Assembly (NCBI GenBank): GCA_003247225.1
Contig: QKAK01000098.1
Location: forward strand, 1 to 59,405
DNA: 59,405 bases
Source: Spirochaetota bacterium
Lineage (GTDB): Bacteria; Spirochaetota; Spirochaetia; Treponematales; UBA12059
Direction of reading: 5' to 3'
Shown: positions 46,680 through 55,425 of the stretch, in pieces
How the letters are laid out: every line of letters starts with the position of its first letter
Position numbering within the stretch: the first letter of the stretch is position 1
Made by a program: the position numbers and the translations under genes
Notes under the pieces: generated by a model
What the model saw: the letters and a program-made list of their open reading frames with translations, nothing else
Told to the model about the DNA's origin: nothing
Database searches by the model: none

Positions 46680-47060
46680 CTACCGCCCCCTACGCTTCTC
46701 CTTCTTCCTCTGCCGCTTTCGCTCGTACCGATCCCGTTCCTCGACGGCGGCCTCGGCCCTCCGTAGCGCCTTCCGCTCGCTCAGGTACGCGGAGTTGAGC
46801 CGCCCGAAGGCCTCCATCGACTTCGAGACGAGCCGTCCTTGCTCGTTCCCCGACCTACGCCCCTTGAGGCGTACGGGGCCGTCACCCGCGAGGCAACGGA
46901 CGGACGGGTACGTCTCGAGATAGAAGTGGAGGAGATCGTTATTCGTGGGTTCCGGGCCGAACGTGTGCTTCCCGATACGATGCGTACCGTCTTCGCCTAT
47001 CTTCTCTATAACGGCGACCCAGAATTGACCGTCGAAGATAACGGTCGAGACGACTTCCAT
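46680..47060 (-). CDS. yjdF: YjdF-family protein (DUF2992)
   Basis: 126 aa. The N-terminal VIFDGQFWVAVIEK...HTFGPEPTNNDLLHF and a Lys/Arg-rich C-terminal tail are typical of DUF2992. Confidence 0.75.
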   Translation of the reverse strand: MEVVSTVIFDGQFWVAVIEKIGEDGTHRIGKHTFGPEPTNNDLLHFYLETYPSVRCLAGDGPVRLKGRRSGNEQGRLVSKSMEAFGRLNSAYLSERKALRRAEAAVEERDRYERKRQRKKEKRRGR

Positions 47061-47190
47061 GATTTACCCCCTCGGGTACACCTACCCGGGGGCAAAAACG
47101 GACATCGTTCGATGGCTACTGGACCAAGACGATTGGTCGCCCCGACTACCTACGGGGCCGTGTTTTCTTTTTGCCCGAAACGTGAGCTTC
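47061..47190 (-). ncRNA. Structured 5' leader of the DUF2992 gene; candidate yjdF-class riboswitch
   Basis: A closing stem GGGCAAAAA / TTTTTGCCC encloses three hairpins (CCCCG/CGGGG, GACCAA/TTGGTC, CATC/GATG). A terminal hairpin CGGGTA/TACCCG is next to the SD GAGGGGG, and the upstream CCCCC could alternatively sequester that SD. Confidence 0.4.
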
Positions 47191-47196
47191 ATTCCC

Positions 47197-47225
47197 ATCA
47201 TACGCAGAACGGGAAGGCGGCTCAA
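47197..47225 (-). promoter_or_regulatory. Candidate sigma70-type promoter for the leader and yjdF
   Basis: Minus strand TTGAGC (47220-47225), 17 nt, TATGAT (47197-47202). Confidence 0.5.
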
Positions 47226-47290
47226 GAGGCGCGCCGTCCGCTACGCTCCTCGGCGTTGACAGGCCCGCGCATAGTTGCCATGCTAACTAC

Positions 47291-48067
47291 ATGGCGACCG
47301 AACATAAGACCAACTCGACGAACCTCTCGTTCTACGCGCTAGCGAGCGTACTGCAGAACGGCATGCGGCTCCGCTCCGACGTCGAGGAGTACCTGAAGCC
47401 GTACGGCCTCTCTCACGGTCAGTATTCCGTGCTGCTCGCGGTCTCGGAGGGCGGCGGCCGCCCGGTATCGAACGACGGGCTGGCGCGGCGGCTGGGCAGG
47501 AGCCGCCCGACGATCACCAAGCTCGTAGCCAAGCTGCTGGAGGCCGGCTACCTCTCCTCCGAGGCGGATCGGGGCGACGGCAGGCGGACCTGGTACGCGC
47601 TCTCCGCGAAGGCCCGGCGCCTGCTCGACGAGATCGCCCCGGGCTACGGGGCGCGTATCGACGAGCTCGCCGATGGCCTCGACGACCTCGAGAAGCTGCA
47701 GCTCGTGATGCTGCTCAACAAGCTCGGGGGAGACGGCTTCAGGGTCAGCCTGGCCTCGTTCTCGTACAAGGAGAAGTGCGACTTCGTCAGGCGGATGTGC
47801 GAGGACGGCTCGGCCCGGGCGATCGACTACGTCTTCTCGTTCCTCGACGACGACGCCGACGTCGTCACGACGAAGATCGTCGACCGCTACCTCGGGGACG
47901 TGTCGAATCCCGCCGGCGTCGGGCGCATCGAGGGCTACCTGTTCGGCGACGACCAGTTCCGGAGGAACTACGCCGCGCTGTACTTCGCCCGCAAGGACGA
48001 GTGGGCGGTAATCAAGCGCGCCTACGACGCCGGCCTCATCGACTACGAGCAGGCGTACTCGAAATAG
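47291..48067 (+). CDS. MarR-family regulator with an extra ~110-aa C-terminal domain of unknown function
   Basis: 258 aa. MarR winged helix (LSHGQYSVLLAV...LARRLGRSRPTITKLVAKLLEAGYLSSEADRGDGRRTWYALS), then an unrecognised helical domain. TTGACA at 47256-47261 and the ATG about 6 nt after a weak -10 make a leaderless mRNA possible. Confidence 0.75.
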   Translation: MATEHKTNSTNLSFYALASVLQNGMRLRSDVEEYLKPYGLSHGQYSVLLAVSEGGGRPVSNDGLARRLGRSRPTITKLVAKLLEAGYLSSEADRGDGRRTWYALSAKARRLLDEIAPGYGARIDELADGLDDLEKLQLVMLLNKLGGDGFRVSLASFSYKEKCDFVRRMCEDGSARAIDYVFSFLDDDADVVTTKIVDRYLGDVSNPAGVGRIEGYLFGDDQFRRNYAALYFARKDEWAVIKRAYDAGLIDYEQAYSK

Positions 48068-48085
48068 GCCCGGCCCCCCGGGCCC

Positions 48086-48760
48086 CTAGCGATCCCTGAA
48101 GAGCGTCTCGCCCTTGACCAGCCAGGAGACGCCGAAGGCCTCGAGCAGGGCCGTCTCGATGAAGAACACCCAGGTCCTGGTATCCAGGTAGTCCTGCGAG
48201 TAGCGCGCGTGCAGCGCCGCGAGGAGCGCGAGGCAGGCCAGGATGACGACGCCGCAGCCTATATACACCGCGTCGCGCTTCTTCTTGCCGGGGCTCCTAG
48301 CGCCGTCGGCGCCGGTCAGCGTAAAGATGAACATCGAGTTGACAGCGAGCAGCAGGAAGAAGGCGCCGGCGCAGGCGGTATGGACGGCGTTCGACGCCGC
48401 GACCGGCAGCTCGAAGAGGCCGACGCGGACCTCGGCGCGGTTCAGGCACGGGAACAGCGCTATGCCGACGCCGGCCAGGCCCGTCGCCGTGGAGACGACG
48501 TCGTCGATCCGCTCGTAGCCGCGGTAGGTGACGAGGAACATGCCGACGCCGACGAGCGCGCCGACGAGGAGGTCGCCCGAATTCGTGTAGTAGTACGAGC
48601 TGATCGACGGCCCCAGGGGCAGGCCGGCGAACAGGCGCCCGCCCAGGTAGCACGCCGGCGGCAGAGCCATGCCGATCGCGCCGATGAGGCGCCTCAGGTT
48701 CCTGAACGACATGACGCCGTCGGGATTCCTCGTCCGCAGGTAGATCGTAAGCCGGCTCAT
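48086..48760 (-). CDS. Polytopic membrane protein (hypothetical)
   Basis: 224 aa with about 6 TM segments and a SISSYYYT motif after TM1. The family is not confidently recognised. Confidence 0.6.
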   Translation of the reverse strand: MSRLTIYLRTRNPDGVMSFRNLRRLIGAIGMALPPACYLGGRLFAGLPLGPSISSYYYTNSGDLLVGALVGVGMFLVTYRGYERIDDVVSTATGLAGVGIALFPCLNRAEVRVGLFELPVAASNAVHTACAGAFFLLLAVNSMFIFTLTGADGARSPGKKKRDAVYIGCGVVILACLALLAALHARYSQDYLDTRTWVFFIETALLEAFGVSWLVKGETLFRDR

Positions 48761-48914
48761 CGGTCCTCCTTACCGCGGATAGAGGCCGCGGCGGTCCGGA
48801 CGAGTATGACGCGCCCCGGGCGTACGGACAAGGCGGCGCCGCCATTCAGGCGCGCCGGCTATGAAATGCGGCCCTCGATATGTTTTCGTGCCGATCCGCG
48901 GTATATTCGCCCCT

Positions 48915-51377
48915 ATGCGAATCAACGCGATACTCCCGGCCGTCCTCGGCCTTTCGATACTTTCCTGCGCCACCGACGCCGGCCGCGCCGCGCGCGAGTA
49001 CCCGTTCGCCGGCCCCGGGTCAGGCGCGGCCCCGACGGCGGTCGAGGACCTGAACGGCTTCCTGCCGGCCGCCGTCTATATCAAGACCCGCACGCAGACC
49101 TTCTGCCGGGACTATCAGTTCTGCGTAGTCGACGGCCGCGTCTACTACAAGACGGCCAAGTCGCGGAATCCCGAGGACTGGCGCCTGCTCGACAAGACCG
49201 GCCTGCCGCGATCCTCGCGCCCGGGCTTCCGGGCGGCCCGGCGGGTCGTCGAGATATCGGCCGACGCGTACAAGCTGTACGCGCTGTCCGACGAGGGCCG
49301 TCTCTACGAGCTGTCGATGGAGCGGGGCCCGTTCGGCTCGCGCCCCGGATGGATCGACCGGCACGGCTGGCCCGACAAGGCGCCGCTCGTCCTGAACGAC
49401 CTGGTCGGCCGCAACCGCGCCTGGAGCGCCAGCGTCCGCAACGAGCACGCGCTCTGGTACGAGGACGTCGCGGGCAACCAGCACTACTACGGGTCCATGG
49501 GCGTCGTCAGCTTCTATTTCCTGTCGGAGGACGGCCGCGAGATCCGATTCGCCGATCCGGGCCTGCCGAGCGACTTCTCCCACCATATCCTGGGCCCCGA
49601 GCGGGGATCGTTCGTCGCCGAATCGCTCGCGGCCAGCGCGTCGACGCTGTTCGTCATCGACGACGCCGGCGTCATGTACACGAGGCTGGCGGACTTCGAC
49701 ACCCTCGGATACGACCCGATGTTCTTCAAGTACAGCTACGACGCGAAGCCCGACGACACGCCGGGCAGCGACCCGCGGACGGAGACCACGACCTGGGCGC
49801 TCCCGGCCGAGGGATGGCGAAGGCAGGAGCCTATCCCGCTGTCCGGCGCCGCGGCCGTCGGCCCGCGCATCACGATACTCCAGGACGGCTACGGCAACGC
49901 CGCCAGGGAGCTGCGCGTGGCCGGGCTGTCCCCCGACGGCGAGCCCGGCTACTACTACAAGGGCGTGTTCGAGCCCGAATGGCGCTTCATGCGCGCGCCG
50001 CTCCGGCTGGGGCCCGACGACCTGTTCGACCCGGCCGGGGCGGCGTCCGGGATCGGCTCCCGCGGGCCCCGGCTCGAGTCGGCGCTCGCCGGGTCGATCT
50101 GGCTCGACGGCGCCAGGGTCGGCGACGTGGCCGTATCGACGCCGGACTTCTCGGTGCGCGAGGGCGGCTGCTCCCTGGAGCTGCGCGCGGCCGGCGGCGC
50201 CGACGAGGGCGTCGCCAGGCTCGCTCTCTACCCGGTCGATATGTGGACGTACATGCGGCGCTACGACCCGGGCCTCGACGGTACCCCGAAGCTCATGTAC
50301 TTCACCCTGGTCTTCCCGGACGACGCCTTCGCCGGCGCGTCCGAGCGGCTGGAGCGGCGGACCCGCGAGCTGCTCGGCCCCCTCGACCGCGCCGTCTTCG
50401 CCTGCCGCGGCGAGGCCACCGAGGACTACCTCCACGTCGAGCTGCCCTACGGCCGGGCCGGCTCGAGCTATCTCTTCCTGTACCTGGGCGAGGCCGGCGA
50501 CGCGGACAAGGACCTGCTCCGCCGCCTGTCGCTCGTCTGGCCGCGGCAGGTCGACCGCTACCTCTCGGACGAGCTCGTGCTCGACCGGCCGGGCGACGTC
50601 AGCGTCGCCCGGCGCAGCGAGGTCGAGGCCGCGCTCGAGCGCAACGTCCGCTACCGCGACGACATCGAGGCCGAGCTCGAGCTCTACCGCTCCTATATGA
50701 AGCGGGCCAGGCTCGCCCGCTGGGGTTATTCCACGCTGGACTTCTTCAGCACGATCACGCTCGTCAAGAACCTCGAGGGCCTGCGCCTCGGGACCGTCGC
50801 GAGCCACGGCGACGAGATCATGGCCGCCAACGAGCAGGGCTACCGATTCACGCTCGAGGCCAAGGAGTGGACCTACGAGAAGCTGCTCGAGCTCCTGGAC
50901 CTGCGCGTCGAGGCCTACCGCGGCGTCATCGCCGACTTCGACGCGGGCAGGCTCAGGACCGGGACGGACGCGGCCTACCGGGAGACCTTCTCCGGATACT
51001 ACGACGCGGTCGGCCTGCCCGGCTCGATAGCCGGCGCGACGCCCGACGGCCGCCCCGGGTCGGTATACCGCTTCGCGGGCAGCCCGCTGTTCCCGGCCCT
51101 CGTGCTGTCCCTCGATCCGGCCTCGCCCGGCCAGGAGCCGACCGCCGCGCTGGTCGAGCTCGAGGGCTCCGCCGCCAGGATCTACAGGCGTAAGGACCCG
51201 GACCTCGCCCGCGCCCCCCTCGTCGTCCAGGCGAGGCTCCACGTGGTGCTCAACCCGGAGGAGCTCGCGGTCGAGGACGCCCCCGGGCGCCTCGAATGGG
51301 ACGGCGAGACGCTCCGGCTCTGGAAGTCGGCTCCGGGCGGGCGGGTCCTCCTCTTCGAGGGCCGCGTCGGGCCCTAG
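48915..51377 (+). CDS. Large predicted lipoprotein of unknown function
   Basis: 820 aa from MRINAILPAVLGLSILSC (lipobox-like ILSC; the ORF track starts at 48861). The N-half has repetitive beta-rich segments and the C-half looks helical. No motif recognised. Confidence 0.7.
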   Translation: MRINAILPAVLGLSILSCATDAGRAAREYPFAGPGSGAAPTAVEDLNGFLPAAVYIKTRTQTFCRDYQFCVVDGRVYYKTAKSRNPEDWRLLDKTGLPRSSRPGFRAARRVVEISADAYKLYALSDEGRLYELSMERGPFGSRPGWIDRHGWPDKAPLVLNDLVGRNRAWSASVRNEHALWYEDVAGNQHYYGSMGVVSFYFLSEDGREIRFADPGLPSDFSHHILGPERGSFVAESLAASASTLFVIDDAGVMYTRLADFDTLGYDPMFFKYSYDAKPDDTPGSDPRTETTTWALPAEGWRRQEPIPLSGAAAVGPRITILQDGYGNAARELRVAGLSPDGEPGYYYKGVFEPEWRFMRAPLRLGPDDLFDPAGAASGIGSRGPRLESALAGSIWLDGARVGDVAVSTPDFSVREGGCSLELRAAGGADEGVARLALYPVDMWTYMRRYDPGLDGTPKLMYFTLVFPDDAFAGASERLERRTRELLGPLDRAVFACRGEATEDYLHVELPYGRAGSSYLFLYLGEAGDADKDLLRRLSLVWPRQVDRYLSDELVLDRPGDVSVARRSEVEAALERNVRYRDDIEAELELYRSYMKRARLARWGYSTLDFFSTITLVKNLEGLRLGTVASHGDEIMAANEQGYRFTLEAKEWTYEKLLELLDLRVEAYRGVIADFDAGRLRTGTDAAYRETFSGYYDAVGLPGSIAGATPDGRPGSVYRFAGSPLFPALVLSLDPASPGQEPTAALVELEGSAARIYRRKDPDLARAPLVVQARLHVVLNPEELAVEDAPGRLEWDGETLRLWKSAPGGRVLLFEGRVGP

Positions 51378-52312
51378 GCCGGAGGGCCGATCGGGGCGCC
51401 GGCTACGCCCGGGACCATCTTCGCGCGGTTCGCCGCGTACAGCTCCCGGCCGAGCCGGCCCTCGGCCTCCCAGGCCCGCAGGTACTCGTCGCGCATCGGA
51501 GGTAGCCAGAAGCCCTCGCCCGCGTCGCGCCGGGTACCGGGAGGGGCCGGCTCCACGTCCTCGACGATCAGGTCGTCGAGGTCCTTGTTCCGTATCGACG
51601 CGAGCACGCGGCCGTTACGGTCGGCTATCTGGGTCGTGCCGATCAGGCGGCGCTCGACGACCTCGTCGCGAGCGAGGGAGCGCCTGGTCCTGATCCGTCC
51701 GACGAGCGACGCGTGGACGACGGGCAGGCCGGCCGCGGCCGCGAAGGCGGGGGGCGTCGCCGCGTTCAGCGCGTCGTTATACTCGTCGAGCTCGCGGTTC
51801 GATGCGCCGACGGGCAGGCTCCACCAGCAGGATCCCGCGAGCGCGACGCCGGCGCCCGGCCCGATCTCGGCGACGGTCTTCCGCCTGAGCAGCTCCCAGC
51901 ACAGCGCGAGCGCGAAGACGCCGTCGGTTCGCCGGCCGTCGCCCGGCGCGTAGTACGCGTTCTCGAACTGGGTCGGCAGGTCCTTATCGTGGACGAAGAC
52001 CGTGCCGTCCGGGCGTACGACTACCATCGAGTTATACACGTCGCCGTCCCGGATCGACAGCGTCGACCCGGAGATGATTATACCGAGGGCCCGGGACTCC
52101 GCCTTAAGGCGCTCCAGCACCCGCGCGTCGCGATTCCGCCTCGGCACGGAGAGCATGCCATCGTCGATGGCGACGCCGGAAGTGAAGAACTCCGGCAGGA
52201 CGACGACCTCGGCCCTCTCGCGGGCGGCCAGCCGCGCCAGGGCTATCGCCCGCTCGCAGTTGCCCTCGACGTCGCCCTGGGCCAGCAGCAGCTGGGTCGC
52301 CGCGACCCTCAA
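51374..52312 (-). CDS. Carbon-nitrogen hydrolase (nitrilase superfamily)
   Basis: Probable TTG start at 52312, 7 nt after GGAGGG, overlapping the LuxR stop (TTGA). Catalytic context VVVLPEFF (Glu) and LALCWEL (Cys). Confidence 0.75.
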   Translation of the reverse strand: MRVAATQLLLAQGDVEGNCERAIALARLAARERAEVVVLPEFFTSGVAIDDGMLSVPRRNRDARVLERLKAESRALGIIISGSTLSIRDGDVYNSMVVVRPDGTVFVHDKDLPTQFENAYYAPGDGRRTDGVFALALCWELLRRKTVAEIGPGAGVALAGSCWWSLPVGASNRELDEYNDALNAATPPAFAAAAGLPVVHASLVGRIRTRRSLARDEVVERRLIGTTQIADRNGRVLASIRNKDLDDLIVEDVEPAPPGTRRDAGEGFWLPPMRDEYLRAWEAEGRLGRELYAANRAKMVPGVAGAPIGPPA

Positions 52313-53040
52313 GCGCGCGCCCTCCGCCTGAGCGCGTCGAGCGCCCCGCGGCGCGAGCGGACGCCGAGCTTCTCGAAGACGCGGGCCATATGCGTCTCCG
52401 CCGTACGGCGGCTTATCGCCAGGGCGGAGGCGACCTGGGCCATCGACAGGGGCTCGGCGCACAGGGCGAGCAGCTGAGCCTCGCGTCGGCTCAGGGCCGG
52501 CAGGGCGTCGCGCACGCGATCGGCGCTCCAGGGCGAGTACTCGGCCCGCCCGAGCCGCTCGGCCACGGCGAGCAGGTTGTTCATCTGCGCGTTGAGCGCG
52601 TCCAGCGCCTCGCAGTCGTCGGCGCCGAAGGCCGGGCCGCGGCGCGAGCGCTGGACCGAGAGGTTGAGCGGGAGGGCCGGCCTGAACGGGCTCAGGCCGT
52701 AGGCCAGGTCCAGGGACCGGCCGAAGTCCCGCATGAACTCGGTCTCGCCGTAATCGACCCAGCGCACGACGTCCCTGCCGCGCCTGGCGTATCGATCCTC
52801 GTCGTAGCCGATGAACGGCACGACGCCGCGGTAGTACTGGTTATAGTCGCGGCTGGTCCGCTCGCCCCAGCCGGAGCAGGCGACGCAGCGCAGCTCGCGG
52901 TCGAAGACGCCGACGCCGGCGTCGCAGCGTACGAGCCGCTCGGCACCCGCCATGAACGCCTCGAGCAGGCCCTCGCGCGTCGCCGCGCAGCCGGCCTCGA
53001 GCGAGCATTCGTGCACGGCCTTCCACGTCGTTTCGTCCAT
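52309..53040 (-). CDS. LuxR-family transcriptional regulator with an N-terminal sensor domain
   Basis: 243 aa. C-terminal HTH LSRREAQLLALCAEPLSMAQVASALAISRRTAETHMARVFEKLGV. Confidence 0.8.
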   Translation of the reverse strand: MDETTWKAVHECSLEAGCAATREGLLEAFMAGAERLVRCDAGVGVFDRELRCVACSGWGERTSRDYNQYYRGVVPFIGYDEDRYARRGRDVVRWVDYGETEFMRDFGRSLDLAYGLSPFRPALPLNLSVQRSRRGPAFGADDCEALDALNAQMNNLLAVAERLGRAEYSPWSADRVRDALPALSRREAQLLALCAEPLSMAQVASALAISRRTAETHMARVFEKLGVRSRRGALDALRRRARA

Positions 53041-53136
53041 GGGCTCGAGTATAGCGCATGAATACGTAAAATATACGGATACCGCCGAAGAGGCCGCCAG
53101 GCTAGCGTTATGGCATATTCACGTTTGGAGGTGTCC

Positions 53137-53679
53137 ATGAAAACGCGCGCTCTATGCCTGGTCCTGGCGCTCGTACTAGCCGGAGGGGCCGCGTACGGGC
53201 AGGCCGCGCCGGCGGAACAGCCGGTGCCGCTCTTCTCCGACGCGGGCCTGATGACCGGCCTTATACTCGAGGCCACCGGCTTCGGCCTGGTGATAGGCGG
53301 CGGCGCCGCCTCGTCGATATCGCTCGACGCCGCCCTCGTGATGATGCAGATAGCGCCGATCTGCTCCTCGGTAGGCGCCTGGGTCTCGCAGAGTAAGATG
53401 GAAAGCTATACCGAGCTCTGGCGATCGCGCGGCCTCGAGTACGACGCGGGCGGCCTGATCAAGAAGTCCAAGACCGCCGCCGTCGCGACGACGGCGTTCG
53501 CGGCCGGAGCCCTGGCGCTGCCGCTGCTCGGCGACGTAGGCGTCTACCTCTCGCTGGCCTGCACCGGCGTCGCGGTAGGCTGGGACATGTACGCCTTCTA
53601 CGCGGTACGGAGCGCCTGGCACCGCGGGCTCAACGCGGCCATCGTCGACTCGGGCATGGACTGGAAGGCCTTCCGATGA
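53137..53679 (+). CDS. Exported membrane protein (hypothetical)
   Basis: ATG at 53137 after GGAGG. Signal peptide MKTRALCLVLALVLAGGAAYG followed by several hydrophobic segments. Confidence 0.55.
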   Translation: MKTRALCLVLALVLAGGAAYGQAAPAEQPVPLFSDAGLMTGLILEATGFGLVIGGGAASSISLDAALVMMQIAPICSSVGAWVSQSKMESYTELWRSRGLEYDAGGLIKKSKTAAVATTAFAAGALALPLLGDVGVYLSLACTGVAVGWDMYAFYAVRSAWHRGLNAAIVDSGMDWKAFR

Positions 53680-54137
53680 CCGCTCGAAGGATCCCGGAGA
53701 AGAAGGCGATAGCCGGAGCCGCCCTCGTCGTCGCCCTGGCCGTCTCGCTCTGCGGCTGCCAGCTCCTGTTCCAGGAGACGGCCGAGCTGTACGTCTCGGT
53801 AGACGGCGACTACGACGCGTCGGTCACCTGCGAGCTGTACCTGATCGAGCGCCTCGACGTGGGCCGCAGCGCGGGCACCGGCGACGGCATCCTGGGCGAG
53901 ATGCTGCGCACCGAGACGATATCCGGCCGTGAATGGATGGTGTTCGAGGTACCCAGGGGCCGCTGGGACATCTACATGGAGTACTTTACCTACGGCGCCT
54001 ACCGTGACTACTCGGTCGACCGCAATACCGTCGACCTGGATAACTACGAATGGGCCGCGCTGTGGCTGCCGACGAGCGACTGGACGAGCACCCGCCGATA
54101 CCAGGGCGACGGTGAGGTGATCATACCGGGCGTATAG
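53676..54137 (+). CDS. Predicted lipoprotein (hypothetical)
   Basis: 153 aa with lipobox SLCGC. Its start overlaps the upstream stop by 4 nt. Confidence 0.55.
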   Translation: MTARRIPEKKAIAGAALVVALAVSLCGCQLLFQETAELYVSVDGDYDASVTCELYLIERLDVGRSAGTGDGILGEMLRTETISGREWMVFEVPRGRWDIYMEYFTYGAYRDYSVDRNTVDLDNYEWAALWLPTSDWTSTRRYQGDGEVIIPGV

Positions 54138-54204
54138 GCCCTTCGCCGGGGCCGCTCCGCGGGAGCCGCGCGGAGACGCGGCCCCCGAGCGGCGCGGCCC
54201 GCCG

Positions 54205-54678
54205 CTAGAACCCGAACTGGGCGAAGAACGCCGCCGAGTCCTCGATGCAGTCCGGCCACTCGCGGAACCAAGGCGCCACGCGGAACTCCCTGGCCCGGTC
54301 GCAGACCGGGATGTACGGCTTGACGTCGAGGAGCGGCGTGCCGTCGATCGCGTCGATGTAATCGAGGACGACTACGCCCGCCTTGGCGTCGACCGATACG
54401 ACGCCGCAGCTCGTCAGCGCTATCGGGTTCGGCCGGTACTCCGACCGGCACGCGAACACGCCGGCCCTGACGCCCGGCGCGTACGGCAGCTCGCACGACA
54501 GCGTGCCGCGGAACGCCGGGGCGTCCATGCCGTGGGCCCACCACAGGACCTGTATCCGCCCGAATTCCCCCAGGGCCAGGAGCCCCTCGCGATAGGCCTC
54601 GTCCACCTCGAGCGCGTAGCGGCCCTTCGCGTCGTCCGACCGGACCCGGCCGATCGCCTTCACCGTCATCTCCCTCAT
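54205..54678 (-). CDS. trmO: TrmO/TsaA-family SAM-dependent methyltransferase
   Basis: 157 aa. GVFACRSEYRPNPIAL and IDGTPLLDVKPYIP. Confidence 0.85.
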   Translation of the reverse strand: MREMTVKAIGRVRSDDAKGRYALEVDEAYREGLLALGEFGRIQVLWWAHGMDAPAFRGTLSCELPYAPGVRAGVFACRSEYRPNPIALTSCGVVSVDAKAGVVVLDYIDAIDGTPLLDVKPYIPVCDRAREFRVAPWFREWPDCIEDSAAFFAQFGF

Positions 54679-54900
54679 CGTTCCCTCCGTCGGCTATCGT
54701 GATGCGCCAAGCGTAGCGCCGCGGGGGCGAGCGTCTCTCGATCCCGATTGCCGATCGCCGATCCGCCGCGCGGGAGCGGAGCCGCGCCCGGGCGCGGGCC
54801 GAGGCCGAAGCCGACCCAGATTGCGGCGTCCGGCCCCGGCGACGCCCGCGCCCTTGCCAGCCCGGCGCCCGGGCGCTATCGTGGTCCCGAGGAGGCCGAG

Positions 54901-55425
54901 ATGGAATACAGGCTCGAGCGCGACAGGCCGTTCACGCTCGTCGGCATGAATTTCTTCGGTAACCCGTTCAAGGCGGCCGCGGCCTGGGACGTGGACAACG
55001 AGATAGGCTCGCTCTGGAAGCGCCTGACGGCCTACCTGGAGGGCCATCCCGTAGCGGCCCTGCCGCCCGACGTCCCGGCCTGGTTCGAGGCCCACGTCAT
55101 GCACCCGGCCAGCGCCGCGACCGGCGACTACGAGGTGTTCGTCGGCGCCGAGACGGAACGGCCGCTCGACGGCCCGCTCGAGCTCGTGGTCAAGGCGCTG
55201 CCCGCGCGCGACTACGCGGTCGTCGCGATGCGCTGCGCCGAGATGGAGCCCGGCTGGGAGGAGCGCGTAGCCGCCGAGGCCGTCGGGCGCTACGGGCGGG
55301 CGATCGAGAGCCGATGGGGCCTCCAGCGCTACGACTCGCGCTACTCGAGCCTCGAGGACCCCGATTCGATCATAGAGATGTGGACGCCGCTCGCCCCGGG
55401 GCGCCCGGACGGGACGGCGCCTTGA
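54901..55425 (+). CDS. GyrI-like small-molecule-binding domain protein
   Basis: 174 aa from the ATG after GAGGAGG. The pattern (FTLVGMNFFGNP..., YEVFVGAE, VKALPARDYAVV, IEMWTPL) fits a GyrI-like/AraC effector-binding fold. A possible promoter is TTGCCA-17-TATCGT at 54854-54882. Confidence 0.65.
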   Translation: MEYRLERDRPFTLVGMNFFGNPFKAAAAWDVDNEIGSLWKRLTAYLEGHPVAALPPDVPAWFEAHVMHPASAATGDYEVFVGAETERPLDGPLELVVKALPARDYAVVAMRCAEMEPGWEERVAAEAVGRYGRAIESRWGLQRYDSRYSSLEDPDSIIEMWTPLAPGRPDGTAP

